Shown one piece after another: positions 38,872 through 48,645 of a stretch of 64,000 bases of DNA; position 1 is the stretch's first letter, and each line of letters begins with the position of its first letter. The DNA is from a virus, in the IMG/VR virus record IMGVR_UViG_3300012936_000001, positions 64,001 to 128,000 of that record; one strand, 5' to 3'. A program made the translations under genes and the position numbers. Under the pieces are notes generated by a model that had not been told where the DNA came from, searched no databases, and saw nothing but the letters and a program-made list of their open reading frames with translations.

Positions 38872-41371
38872 GTACACCAACAAATTTACTCATGAACAAG
38901 CGATGGAGGCATCTCTCGAATATTTCAACGGAGATCAACTCGCGGCATCAGTATTCGTAAATAAATATGCTTTGCAGGACGGAGAAGGTAATTATCTCGA
39001 GTCTACACCTCACGATATGCACAAAAGACTTGCTGCAGAGTTCAGTAGGGTGGAAGGCAAATATCCAAACGGAATGAACCGTCATGAAATATATGGATTA
39101 CTAAAAGATTTTAAGTACATAGTTCCACAAGGCTCTCCTATGTCCGGAATAGGAAATGATACAAAGATTCAATCCTTATCAAATTGCTTTGTAATTGAAG
39201 CACCGGCAGATTCATACGCAGGGATTCTAAAGACAGATCAAGAACAAGTACAGATCATGAAACGCCGAGGTGGAGTTGGCTTTGATATTTCTACAATAAG
39301 GCCGAAAGGACTTCCTACTTCCAACGCTGCAAAAACAACTGATGGGATTGAAGTTTTTATGGACAGATTTTCTAATTCATGCCGAGAGGTAGCGCAAGGT
39401 GGCCGCCGAGGAGCATTGATGTTGACGATATCGGTTCATCACCCTCAAATCATGGATTTTATCAAAATCAAACAAGATCTCAAAAAAGTAACAGGCGCAA
39501 ATATATCTGTACGAGTAACGGATGAATTTATGCGAGCTGTGAAAGATGGAACAACATATCAACAACGATGGCCTGTTGATAAATCTGATATAGAAGTCCA
39601 GGCAATTGCAGATGCCAACGAGGTTTGGAACGCACTCATAGAAGGAGCTCATGGTTCAGCAGAACCAGGTATACTTTTCTGGGACACTGCTAAAAGCATG
39701 ACTCCAGCCGACATTTACGAAGAAGAAGGCTTCGGCTCAGTATCCACTAATCCCTGTGGTGAGATTATTCTTTCGCCGTATGATTCGTGTCGTCTTATGT
39801 TGGTCAACTTAACATCGTTTGTAAAAAACCCTTTTACTTCTAATGCTTCTTTCGATTTTGGAAAATTTCGAAACGTATCTCGAAAAGCTCAAAGGCTCAT
39901 GGATGATATGATCGATCTCGAGATTGAACAAATTGATAAGATTTTATTCAAGATTGGTATTGATCCTGAAGATGATGAAATAAAATTCTACGAAAAAAGT
40001 TTGTGGCGGAAAATAAGGCATGCCGCCCTCACAGGTAGGCGTACCGGCCTCGGAATAACAGGCCTCGGAGACGCGATCGCGATGCTAGGCCAAACCTATG
40101 GATCCGAGTCTTCGATCAAGACAACCGAAGAAATCTATAAATGGCTGTCTCTTGCATCATACGAGGAGTCAATTCAGTTAGCCAAAGAACGCGGGGCTTT
40201 CCCGATTTGGAATCTTCAAAGAGAAGAAGGGCATCCATTTCTTGATAGGGTTATTAATTCCTTAACTGATGAGTCACAAGAAGACTATAAAAAATACGGC
40301 AGAAGAAATATTGCGAACACAACAACAGCTCCAGCCGGCTCGGTTTCTTGCCTTACACAGACTACTTCTGGTATTGAACCTGCGTTTATGCTGTACTACA
40401 AGCGCAGAAAAAAAGTCCAAGGAGACGAGGAAGTCACCTTTGTCGATGAATTAGGAGATAAGTGGACAGAGTTCAACGTATATCATCATGGATTTAAACA
40501 GTGGCTTGACTCTACTGAACCAGACTGCGAATGGGAAAAAGACAACATTGATGTTGCAGTGTCACATTCTCCATACGCCGGCGCTACCGCAAACGAAATA
40601 GACTGGAGAGCAAAAGTAAAATTACAATCCGTTGCTCAAAAGTGGATTTGTCATGCAATCTCAAATACTACAAATCTCCCTTCAGAAATTGACGTTGAAA
40701 CAGTTAAGGATATCTACCGAATGGGATGGGAACTCGGGTGCAAGGGAGTGACCGTATACAGAGATGGCTCTCGATCCGGAGTTCTTGTCTCCACGGATGA
40801 CAAAAAGGAAGATAAAGACATTTTCAAAGAGAGGCATGCCCCAAAAAGACCCGACACCCTCAAGTGCGATATTATACATACTTCTGTCAAGGGAACAAAA
40901 TGGGTTGTGCTTGTTGGACTTATGGATGGAAAACCATATGAAGTCATAGGCGGCGAAGCCGAAATGATTGAGCTCCCGAGGAGATACAAGAGTGGAACAC
41001 TCAATAAAAGATCTTTCAAAACTACTAATTCGAAATACGACCTTACAATTGGGGAAGGTGATGATGCTCTTTGTGTCAAGGATGTCGTGTCGGTCTTTGA
41101 TAACCCGAACTATGCTGGCTACACTAGAACTATTTCTTTGGCTCTTCGCCATGGCGTACCTGTACAATATCTCGTAGAACAACTACAGAAAGATAAAGAA
41201 GCAGATCTATTCTCGTTCTCAAAGGTAATTTCTAGATGTATTAAGAACTATATTACAGATGGCACAAAGGCTAGTAAGCAGTCATGTTCAAACTGCGGTG
41301 CAGAAGGAACAATAATTTATCAGGAGGGATGCCAAACTTGTACTGCATGTGGGTTCGGTGCATGCGGATAG
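38864..41371 (+). CDS. nrdJ: Class II (B12-dependent) ribonucleotide reductase
   Basis: SNCF, GGVG, RRGALM, TNPCGEI, APAGS, SGIEP and KGVTVYRDGSR motifs, with a C-terminal Zn-ribbon Cys cluster. No adjacent beta subunit. Confidence 0.88.
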   Translation: MTKYTNKFTHEQAMEASLEYFNGDQLAASVFVNKYALQDGEGNYLESTPHDMHKRLAAEFSRVEGKYPNGMNRHEIYGLLKDFKYIVPQGSPMSGIGNDTKIQSLSNCFVIEAPADSYAGILKTDQEQVQIMKRRGGVGFDISTIRPKGLPTSNAAKTTDGIEVFMDRFSNSCREVAQGGRRGALMLTISVHHPQIMDFIKIKQDLKKVTGANISVRVTDEFMRAVKDGTTYQQRWPVDKSDIEVQAIADANEVWNALIEGAHGSAEPGILFWDTAKSMTPADIYEEEGFGSVSTNPCGEIILSPYDSCRLMLVNLTSFVKNPFTSNASFDFGKFRNVSRKAQRLMDDMIDLEIEQIDKILFKIGIDPEDDEIKFYEKSLWRKIRHAALTGRRTGLGITGLGDAIAMLGQTYGSESSIKTTEEIYKWLSLASYEESIQLAKERGAFPIWNLQREEGHPFLDRVINSLTDESQEDYKKYGRRNIANTTTAPAGSVSCLTQTTSGIEPAFMLYYKRRKKVQGDEEVTFVDELGDKWTEFNVYHHGFKQWLDSTEPDCEWEKDNIDVAVSHSPYAGATANEIDWRAKVKLQSVAQKWICHAISNTTNLPSEIDVETVKDIYRMGWELGCKGVTVYRDGSRSGVLVSTDDKKEDKDIFKERHAPKRPDTLKCDIIHTSVKGTKWVVLVGLMDGKPYEVIGGEAEMIELPRRYKSGTLNKRSFKTTNSKYDLTIGEGDDALCVKDVVSVFDNPNYAGYTRTISLALRHGVPVQYLVEQLQKDKEADLFSFSKVISRCIKNYITDGTKASKQSCSNCGAEGTIIYQEGCQTCTACGFGACG

Positions 41372-41377
41372 ATCATT

Positions 41378-41406
41378 TTGAACATCAGAAGAAAGATGAT
41401 TATAAT
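41378..41406 (+). promoter_or_regulatory. Sigma70-like promoter TTGAAC-N17-TATAAT
   Basis: Upstream of the TTG start at 41434. Confidence 0.55.
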
Positions 41407-41433
41407 ATTCTTGAATCACTAAAGGGAGAAAAA

Positions 41434-42162
41434 TTGAACATATTTGCAAATGGCGACTGCCGAGAACTCATAAAGAAAATACCGGATGAATCAGTAGACC
41501 TAATTCACACTGATCCTCCATACGTGACCACTAAGTTTCACTGGGATCATCAAGAAATGGTTACGCCAGAATTAGTTGATGAATTTTTTCGTATTCTAAA
41601 GCCGGCCGGTTCGCTGTATTGCTGGTGCGGTATTGGCGAAAAAGGAAATTCACTCATGCGATGGCATCCAATTATTTCTACAAAGTTTTATTTCAAAGAT
41701 CTAATAACCTGGAAAAAAAGACGCGGGATCGGCATGCGAAAAGGTTGGTTATATACCAGAGAAGAATTGATGTGGTTTGTCAAGGATAACAAAAAATTTA
41801 TCTGGAACAAAGATTTTCAATATACCGATGAACCAAATCAATTCAAAAAAGGGTTTAAAGGCACAAAGGTACATCCTTTTAAGAGGATCACCAATGTCTG
41901 GATCGATGTCCCTGAAATACTAAGTAGAAGAGACAAAAAGACATCTCATGCGACTCCCAAACCAATGAAAGGGATCACAAGAGTTATACAATGTCATACG
42001 AAAGAAGGAGACGTAATATTTGATCCATTCGCTGGTTCTGGATCAACGCTAAAGGCAGCCGAACTGTTAAAAAGAAATTATATAGGATTTGAACTAGATA
42101 AAGAAATATTTGAAGAGACAAGACAAACATTAGGAGAACACAAGAATGAACTGGACGACTAG
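41434..42162 (+). CDS. DNA amino-methyltransferase (N6A/N4C, beta class)
   Basis: DPPY precedes H.TPKP and DPFAGSGS. Start placed at TTG after GGGAGA. Confidence 0.88.
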   Translation: MNIFANGDCRELIKKIPDESVDLIHTDPPYVTTKFHWDHQEMVTPELVDEFFRILKPAGSLYCWCGIGEKGNSLMRWHPIISTKFYFKDLITWKKRRGIGMRKGWLYTREELMWFVKDNKKFIWNKDFQYTDEPNQFKKGFKGTKVHPFKRITNVWIDVPEILSRRDKKTSHATPKPMKGITRVIQCHTKEGDVIFDPFAGSGSTLKAAELLKRNYIGFELDKEIFEETRQTLGEHKNELDD

Positions 42163-42766
42163 AATAGACCCGAAGATAAAAGAACTGGAACTAAGACAGA
42201 ATCCTGTAATCATAAGAGTAAACAAGTTCAATGAGGATACTGCTGCAGAATTTGCCACCCAAATGTCGATGGCACATAACACAGGGCAGTCAGTTATTCC
42301 TATTGTCATAGATTCTTATGGAGGCCAAGTATATTCTCTTATGAGTATGATATCGGCAATTCGATCTGCGGAGCTTCCTGTTGCAACCATAGTAGAAGGA
42401 AAGGCAATGTCATGTGGAGCGATCTTGTTTTCTTGTGGCAACGAAGGATTGCGTTTTGTTGCGCCAGAATCGACAATCATGATTCACGATGTGTCTAGTG
42501 GGGCATTTGGCAAAAACGAAGAAATTCAATCAAACGCAAAAGAAACAAAACGCTTAAACAAATTGGTTTATGAAATTATGGCAGACAATTGTCGCAAGAA
42601 AAGAGACTACTTTACGAAGGAAGTGCAGAATCGAGGACGCGCAGATTGGTATATTACTCCCAAGAAAGCCAAGAAAATGGGTCTAGCAGATCATATTGGG
42701 CTACCGAAATTGGATATCTCAGTTAGCGTTGAAATTAATTTGGCGTTAAAGGAGGAGTCTGAATAA
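42146..42766 (+). CDS. clpP: ClpP-family protease
   Basis: IDSYGGQV, GKAMSCGA (Ser), MIHD (His) and DWYI...A...GLAD motifs. Confidence 0.88.
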   Translation: MNWTTRIDPKIKELELRQNPVIIRVNKFNEDTAAEFATQMSMAHNTGQSVIPIVIDSYGGQVYSLMSMISAIRSAELPVATIVEGKAMSCGAILFSCGNEGLRFVAPESTIMIHDVSSGAFGKNEEIQSNAKETKRLNKLVYEIMADNCRKKRDYFTKEVQNRGRADWYITPKKAKKMGLADHIGLPKLDISVSVEINLALKEESE

Positions 42767-42770
42767 TTAT
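42763..42770 (+). promoter_or_regulatory. Putative late promoter (ATAATTAT)
   Basis: 27 nt upstream of ATG 42790. Confidence 0.45.
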
Positions 42771-42789
42771 AGCCATATAGGAGCTATAT

Positions 42790-43239
42790 ATGGTTGAAAT
42801 ATTTTCACAGTGGATTGCGACCCATAAAGCAGTCACATCATGGTTCCATGCTGCTCACCACCTTACAAAAGGTGTTGGGTTCGGCGGGGACCATGTTAAC
42901 ATTTACGGAAAGATATATACAGAATTTCAAGAAGACTTTGATGCTATAGTTGAAAAAGGGCTTGGGTTATGTAACGATGAGACGCTAGCAGATCCTCTCA
43001 CCATATTGTCATCCGCATCCACAATGTTAGGCCAATACTTTCAGCCATCAAATTCTTGCCCAGATAAATTAGCCATCGCTGCATGTGAATTGTCAAAAAG
43101 ATATGTCGATTTATTACAGCAGTTTTATACGAGGTTTGAGTCCTGTGGGCATTTAACTATGGGTCTTGACGACATGATGGCAGCCATGGCAAATCGATAC
43201 GAAACGCATGTTTATCTACTACAACAGAGAGTAAAATAA
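42790..43239 (+). CDS. Dps/ferritin-like protein
   Basis: HAAHHLTKGVGFGGDH..IY..IY....D.IVEK parallels the Dps HW.V.G..F...H...D...ER pattern; about 150 aa, four-helix pattern. Confidence 0.7.
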   Translation: MVEIFSQWIATHKAVTSWFHAAHHLTKGVGFGGDHVNIYGKIYTEFQEDFDAIVEKGLGLCNDETLADPLTILSSASTMLGQYFQPSNSCPDKLAIAACELSKRYVDLLQQFYTRFESCGHLTMGLDDMMAAMANRYETHVYLLQQRVK

Positions 43240-43652
43240 TGAAACTTACAAAAAGACAGCTTAAGAGAATTATAAAAGAAGAGTACACACGGTTGGTAAG
43301 CGAAGGTCTTATCGCAGAGTCTTATGGGCAAGATTATCGAAACCAAAAGAAAGCTATCGGCCGCAACACTGGCTACTTTGATATGCTTTCACAAAACAGA
43401 TACCGCCCCTCTCCTGACACAGTTTTTAACATGATAGACAAATTACATGGTAAGCCAGGCAAGACGATCGCTGCTAAGCTCGCATCTCATAGAGGAATAT
43501 CGCTCGATGATCTTGAGGCCGCTTATTCAGAAGCAAAACTTGACGGTGGACCTGACGCTGGAATTATTGAGGCTGCTATCGACTATAAGAAATATGGTCT
43601 TCCAAGAACAAAAGACACATATGTTCCATATCAGCAAGGTGGCCCAGAATGA
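43239..43652 (+). CDS. Putative internal virion protein
   Basis: N-terminus MKLTKRQLKRIIKEE...LVSE.LIAE-S. Confidence 0.65.
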   Translation: MKLTKRQLKRIIKEEYTRLVSEGLIAESYGQDYRNQKKAIGRNTGYFDMLSQNRYRPSPDTVFNMIDKLHGKPGKTIAAKLASHRGISLDDLEAAYSEAKLDGGPDAGIIEAAIDYKKYGLPRTKDTYVPYQQGGPE

Positions 43653-43909
43653 GAATAACCGAAGCAAATCTCCGAAAAGCCATTAGGAATCTGATCAAGG
43701 AATATGATGATGGCTTTGGTAACTATTATGACGGAGAAGACGCGGAGGAAGCGTCTTATGATGCTTTGTATCACAACCTAGACGGTTGGGCGAACAACAG
43801 TATGGATAAAAATTATCTGATATCTGGTTTACAATCCGGCTTTCAAAATGCAGACTATGAAACAATTGTAATGGTTGTTGAAGACTGGATTGCAGAAAAC
43901 GCAGAGTAA
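43649..43909 (+). CDS. Putative internal virion protein, acidic
   Basis: N-terminus MRITEANLRKAIRNLIKE. Confidence 0.65.
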   Translation: MRITEANLRKAIRNLIKEYDDGFGNYYDGEDAEEASYDALYHNLDGWANNSMDKNYLISGLQSGFQNADYETIVMVVEDWIAENAE

Positions 43910-43920
43910 ATATACCAAGG

Positions 43921-44745
43921 ATGAAAACAATGGGTTTGCGGCAACAGATATTATCTCGTAGCGATTATCACAGAGGATTATTGATTTTTATCGAATCAAA
44001 TCCTGGCTGTACCGAAGAAGATATTTTTAATTCGCCGATAGCTAATGCACTAATTCCTATCGCGATCCGCAAGCAAGCCATAAATCTGTGGGTAGACAAA
44101 TTAATTGTTGACGGTTACATACAAGAAAAAAATGGAAAATTGTATTCATCAAATTCCGCAGAATGGGAAGGGCATAATATAAAAACAGAAAGTAAGTTAC
44201 GTCGATCGATCATTGAATCAATTGAAAATAACACGCTTTCCCGCGACGAAGAGTTAGATCTTCTGTTCTTGATACACGACAAAAAACACGCAGCTTCGTT
44301 TGGAGAAATAATCCCGGGACTAGAAAAGGCAATCAAACTATTTTCCAAACGTTGTAACAGTTATCTCCACCGTGGAGTGACAGGTGAAGAAGCAAGATAT
44401 ATAGCATCATCAGATGTTGGAGACATTATAGAGAATCCTGGATACTCATCTTTTTCCAGAAGACCAGACATCGCAAGAAAATTTGCGAAATCATACCAGA
44501 CAGAAGAAATGCCAATTGTTTTAGAATTAGATAGAGGGGCGATGGCGTTTGATTATAATAGCTGGATATGGAATTTTTGGTACGGCAAAATGGGAACACA
44601 GCTTTTCTGGGACAATGACGCCCCAGATATTATGGAGCTTGCTGAAGAAGAGCAAGAATGGATCTTACCAAGAAATTCAAAGTTTGAAATAACCAAAATA
44701 AGAAAAGCTTTCAAATGTTTAAATTTCGAGGTTAAACTTAAGTGA
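43921..44745 (+). CDS. ADP-ribosyltransferase (R-S-ExE type) with N-terminal wHTH-like domain
   Basis: YLHRG, GYSSFS and EQEWILPR.SKFEI motifs. Confidence 0.75.
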   Translation: MKTMGLRQQILSRSDYHRGLLIFIESNPGCTEEDIFNSPIANALIPIAIRKQAINLWVDKLIVDGYIQEKNGKLYSSNSAEWEGHNIKTESKLRRSIIESIENNTLSRDEELDLLFLIHDKKHAASFGEIIPGLEKAIKLFSKRCNSYLHRGVTGEEARYIASSDVGDIIENPGYSSFSRRPDIARKFAKSYQTEEMPIVLELDRGAMAFDYNSWIWNFWYGKMGTQLFWDNDAPDIMELAEEEQEWILPRNSKFEITKIRKAFKCLNFEVKLK

Positions 44746-44752
44746 GAATAAA

Positions 44753-45649
44753 ATGGCAGTAGACAAAGAATTTTACAATGAAGCTAGCGCAGCAAAACTA
44801 GGATGGGAACCGGATTGGTTCATATCTGGACATAAATACTTTGATAAAAAATTAACAAGTGCAATAAGAAAATGGCAGAAGCAGAATGGACTCTATGCGG
44901 ATGGAATGTGCGGACCTTCTACTTTTCGAAGAATCAACGCAGAGAGAGAATCTCAAGTTGATCTAGAGGAGTTAGGTTGGATAACCGACACATCTGATGT
45001 TATCTGGTGGCAGAACAAACCTATCAAGATTGATTGGCCGGCTGATAAGGTCCACACTTTCAAGGATCCTGGATTCCCATATCCTATCAGTAAAGGAGTA
45101 AGAAAAAATTCAAGGAAAAGAGATATTCGGTCTTTTGTAACACACTGGGATGTCTGCTTAAGCGCAATGAGTTGTGCAAAAGTTCTCGTAAAGAAAAACA
45201 TATCGATTCACTTCTGTATCGACAATGATGGCACAATCATACAGTTGCACGATCTCAACGATTGGTGTTGGCACGCCGGCAACGGCCCTGTAAATAAGCA
45301 TGGTGTAGGTGTCGAGATCTCAAACGTCTATTATCCGAAATATCAGAATTGGTATGTAAAGAACGGATTTGGGAAGAGGCCAATTATGTCTGGTGCTTTA
45401 GCTCAGAATAAACCACTAGACGACTTCCTATGGTTCTATGATGTACAACTTGATGCATTAAAAGCTCTTTACAAAGCGATTCATGAAGGATGCGGCGTCC
45501 CCCTTGAGGCCCCAAAAACAAAATGGGCGTACGATAAAGAAGCCGCTTCGGGAAGGTGGAAAGGATTCATGAATCATTATCACTGTTCAAAAAAGAAAAT
45601 AGATTGCGGCGGCTTAGACATCGAAAAAATACTGGAAGAACTAAAATAG
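44753..45649 (+). CDS. Endolysin: peptidoglycan-binding domain plus N-acetylmuramoyl-L-alanine amidase
   Basis: AIRKWQKQNGLYADGMCGPST (PG-binding); VTHWD, SIHFCID.DG.I.Q, WHAG, GVEI and HYH...K.DC (amidase_2). Confidence 0.85.
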   Translation: MAVDKEFYNEASAAKLGWEPDWFISGHKYFDKKLTSAIRKWQKQNGLYADGMCGPSTFRRINAERESQVDLEELGWITDTSDVIWWQNKPIKIDWPADKVHTFKDPGFPYPISKGVRKNSRKRDIRSFVTHWDVCLSAMSCAKVLVKKNISIHFCIDNDGTIIQLHDLNDWCWHAGNGPVNKHGVGVEISNVYYPKYQNWYVKNGFGKRPIMSGALAQNKPLDDFLWFYDVQLDALKALYKAIHEGCGVPLEAPKTKWAYDKEAASGRWKGFMNHYHCSKKKIDCGGLDIEKILEELK

Positions 45650-45675
45650 CTTTTCATCTAGGTATATCTTTTTGT

Positions 45676-45711
45676 AAATCCCTCTATAATAGAAAAATTA
45701 TAGAGGGATTT
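45676..45711. repeat. Perfect 15-bp inverted repeat (terminator and/or RBS-sequestering hairpin)
   Basis: AAATCCCTCTATAAT-agaaaa-ATTATAGAGGGATTT, ending 3 nt before ATG 45715. Confidence 0.85.
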
Positions 45712-45714
45712 TTT

Positions 45715-46677
45715 ATGTTAGATTACAGTCAAAACAAAAGTTTATATAAAGACAAGTCCAAAACAGTTTCGACAGATCTTCGTGCTCCATTCAAGTGGGC
45801 AGGATCGAAAAATAGAATGTTCAAAAGATATATGGCTTCTGGATTTTTTACTTCCGAAGAACCAAAATATTTTGTTGATTTATTCGCGGGTACGGGGATT
45901 GTTTCTCAATGGGTTATGAAAAATTATCCGGGTATAGAAATTATAATCAACGAATCATGCGAAGAGCTTATTAACATGTATCGGTCAATGCAAAATTTTT
46001 ATTCTGATTTCGAAAAAGAATACAAGAAGCATGTTGCTTCGTATGCTTCCTATTATACTCCGGACGACAGAAAGAAACATTACTATAGCCTAAGGGACAA
46101 GTACGCCCTAAATTACCAAGGGATGACACCTGCTGAAGAAGGTGCCACCCTGTTTTATCTTTTGCAGACAGGGTTTAACGGTATATGGCAAACCTCAAAG
46201 AATTTTAATTGGAGATATGCTACAGCCGCCGGAGTTATGACCTGGAAACCAAACGGAGATCTTTTTGATTTGGCCAAAATCAAGAGATACGCAGAATTTA
46301 TCCGAAAATGTAAGTTGAACACGGGGGATTTTGAAAAACTAAAGTCACACGCTGGAAAAGACACGTGGTTTTATGCAGATCCTCCATATCGAGTATCTCG
46401 CGCTAAGTATGAATCATCTGGCGTCTTTGGGTCAGAAGACCATCAGCGACTTATAGACTTTGCAAATCTTGCTCATTCGAAAGGTTCGTTGATTGCTATG
46501 AGCAATAGAGAAGATGTCTGTTTTGGATTAGGAGAGGAACCAAAGACAATCACTAGAGGATTTTTCGCAGATAAATTTAATAATGATTGGAACGTTAATT
46601 ATTTTGATGTAAAATATACTGCCGGCAGACACAATAAAGGAGCGAAAGGCAAAGAAGTATTGATAAAAAATTATTAG
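45715..46677 (+). CDS. Dam-like (D12 class) DNA adenine methyltransferase
   Basis: PFKWAGSK, DLFAGTG, FNG, YADPPY and EVLIKNY motifs. Confidence 0.85.
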   Translation: MLDYSQNKSLYKDKSKTVSTDLRAPFKWAGSKNRMFKRYMASGFFTSEEPKYFVDLFAGTGIVSQWVMKNYPGIEIIINESCEELINMYRSMQNFYSDFEKEYKKHVASYASYYTPDDRKKHYYSLRDKYALNYQGMTPAEEGATLFYLLQTGFNGIWQTSKNFNWRYATAAGVMTWKPNGDLFDLAKIKRYAEFIRKCKLNTGDFEKLKSHAGKDTWFYADPPYRVSRAKYESSGVFGSEDHQRLIDFANLAHSKGSLIAMSNREDVCFGLGEEPKTITRGFFADKFNNDWNVNYFDVKYTAGRHNKGAKGKEVLIKNY

Positions 46678-46686
46678 GAGAAAATT

Positions 46687-47400
46687 ATGAAAATAGATCT
46701 TTATGACGATGGTATTGGCTCCGTAGAATATGTACAACATATGGGAGAAGATATCACAGTGGTAAATTCTGCCCGAGTATCTTTTGGAAAACATAAGGAA
46801 ACGATGGATGGCAAAGACAAAAAACTCATCAAGTATCTCTTACGTCATCGTCATACTTCTACACTCGAGCATAATATTGTCACTTTTCGTTTTGTTGTTC
46901 CTCTTTATATTCGTTCGCAGCATCATCGTCATCGTACTTGGTCTTACAATGAAATTTCTAGAAGATATACGGAAGAGAATATAAGATTTTATGAACCAAA
47001 AGAATTCCGAACTCAGCACAAATCCAATCGCCAGGCATCAAACATAGATAAAGTAAATCCAATCATGGGTTATTATGAAGACGGCGGACCCTCGTACGCT
47101 GACTCCCTAATAAGGCGGCATCACCTAGACTCTCTACATCTCTATAACGACTTAATGTCAAAAGGTGTTTGCAGAGAACAAGCTCGAGGAGTTTTGCCTC
47201 AAAATATGTATACGGAATATTACGGAACGTGCAATCTGAATAATCTCATAAAATTCTATGAACTCAGGACTCACGAAGGCGCACAATGGGAGATTCAAAA
47301 ATTAGCACACGCTTGCATGGATATAGCAAAAACTCTCTGGCCGATCACAATAGACTCCTATATTAGTCTAAAAAATAAAAGATTGGATTCAAAAAAATAG
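46687..47400 (+). CDS. thyX: Flavin-dependent thymidylate synthase
   Basis: NSARVS, H.S.LEH, RHRTWSYNEISRRY, REQARGVLP and AQWEI motifs. Confidence 0.95.
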   Translation: MKIDLYDDGIGSVEYVQHMGEDITVVNSARVSFGKHKETMDGKDKKLIKYLLRHRHTSTLEHNIVTFRFVVPLYIRSQHHRHRTWSYNEISRRYTEENIRFYEPKEFRTQHKSNRQASNIDKVNPIMGYYEDGGPSYADSLIRRHHLDSLHLYNDLMSKGVCREQARGVLPQNMYTEYYGTCNLNNLIKFYELRTHEGAQWEIQKLAHACMDIAKTLWPITIDSYISLKNKRLDSKK

Positions 47401-47463
47401 ATACTTATATCTGTTAGTTCTCTGTTCTTGTCAGGAAAATTATATTTAAAAAAGGGGAAAGAA

Positions 47464-47781
47464 ATGAGCGAGAACGGATGGGAAATACACTCGAAATTAG
47501 TATTAAAAGAATTAGAAACATTGGCAGCCTCGATAAGACAGTTGCAGGCACAGATAGTCGACCTAAAAAGTGAGATAGCAGAAATAAAAGCCAGAGAAGA
47601 CAAGGTGCAAATGTTGACTCAGTGGAAAGAAAGAGTTGATGAAGTGGCTTCGCCATCTCAAATGAGAGATCTTCAAAAACAAGTACAGCAACTTCAGGAC
47701 TTTAAAGTAAAAGCCACAACCGCATTTATTGCTGTACAGATGGTGGTTGCCGGCGCCTTTGCATTAATAAAAATGTTTTAA
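47464..47781 (+). CDS. Coiled-coil protein with C-terminal transmembrane helix (possible lysis-related)
   Basis: Heptad coil followed by AFIAVQMVVAGAFALI. ATACTTAT motif at 47401. Confidence 0.6.
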   Translation: MSENGWEIHSKLVLKELETLAASIRQLQAQIVDLKSEIAEIKAREDKVQMLTQWKERVDEVASPSQMRDLQKQVQQLQDFKVKATTAFIAVQMVVAGAFALIKMF

Positions 47782-47810
47782 TTGTAAAATAAAAGTTTCT
47801 TCTATATAAT
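47782..47810 (+). promoter_or_regulatory. Sigma70-like promoter TTGTAA-N17-TATAAT
   Basis: Upstream of the Fpg gene. Confidence 0.65.
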
Positions 47811-47841
47811 CTTTTTGAACTTATTGTGTAGGAGAAACTTT

Positions 47842-48645
47842 ATGCCTGAAGCACCAGAAGTACGATCAATGGCCCAATCGCTTGCAAAACTGTGGAGTGG
47901 AAAGACACTGACTAATGTAGAAGTAGTTTCTGGACGCTACATCAAGAACGAACTGACCGGACTAGATACGATAAAATCCTTGCTTCCTCTCAAGGTCGTT
48001 GGTGTCGGCGTTCATGGAAAGTTCTCTTATGCCATACTTGAAAACGAGACTTTTGCTTGGTTTACCATGGGCATGACTGGCTGTTGGAGAAAGGAAAATA
48101 ACAAACATGCCCGTGTCAAATTTTCTTTTGGTGGCTTTGACACTTATTTTACGGACATGAGAAATTTTGGTACTGTGAAATTTGTGCGAGGCAAACACAA
48201 AATGATAGAAAAACTAGAGTCGCTAGGTCACGATCTCATTGCAGAAGACATGGATAATGAAGAGTTTGTTATCAGAATGCAAGCAAAATCAAAGTGGCAA
48301 CTATGCAAGGCATTGATGGACCAGACAATCATAGCTGGAGTTGGAAACTATATCAAAGCTGATTCTCTGTGGCTCGCAAAGCTTAGTCCAAAGAAGTTGG
48401 TCGGAGACTGTACTGACGAAGAACTAATAAATCTTAAAGATTGTGTTCGACGAGTTATGCTTGAGTCCTTCAATTCAGGAGGTGCAACCATTCGAACATA
48501 CAAAAACATTGATGGCGAAGAGGGTGAGTATGGCTCAAGGTTCCTTGTGTATGGCAGAAAAGAAGACCCGGACGGAAATCCAGTCATTCGTGACACGTTC
48601 GCAGATGGGAGAACAACTCATTGGTGTCCGAAAGTCCAGAGCTAG
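47842..48645 (+). CDS. mutM: Fpg/Nei-family DNA glycosylase
   Basis: N-terminal MPEAPEV, HGK, GMTG, D.RNFG, LMDQ.IIAGVGNY (H2TH) and GRTTHWCP.VQ motifs. Confidence 0.9.
   Translation: MPEAPEVRSMAQSLAKLWSGKTLTNVEVVSGRYIKNELTGLDTIKSLLPLKVVGVGVHGKFSYAILENETFAWFTMGMTGCWRKENNKHARVKFSFGGFDTYFTDMRNFGTVKFVRGKHKMIEKLESLGHDLIAEDMDNEEFVIRMQAKSKWQLCKALMDQTIIAGVGNYIKADSLWLAKLSPKKLVGDCTDEELINLKDCVRRVMLESFNSGGATIRTYKNIDGEEGEYGSRFLVYGRKEDPDGNPVIRDTFADGRTTHWCPKVQS

Noticed and set aside
45556-45714. N-terminal extension of the Dam-like ORF given in the track
   Set aside because: It overlaps the endolysin and crosses the hairpin; ATG 45715 with its RBS is more plausible. Starts were similarly trimmed for 1200, 2950, 34382, 41284, 47428, 47815 and 56870.
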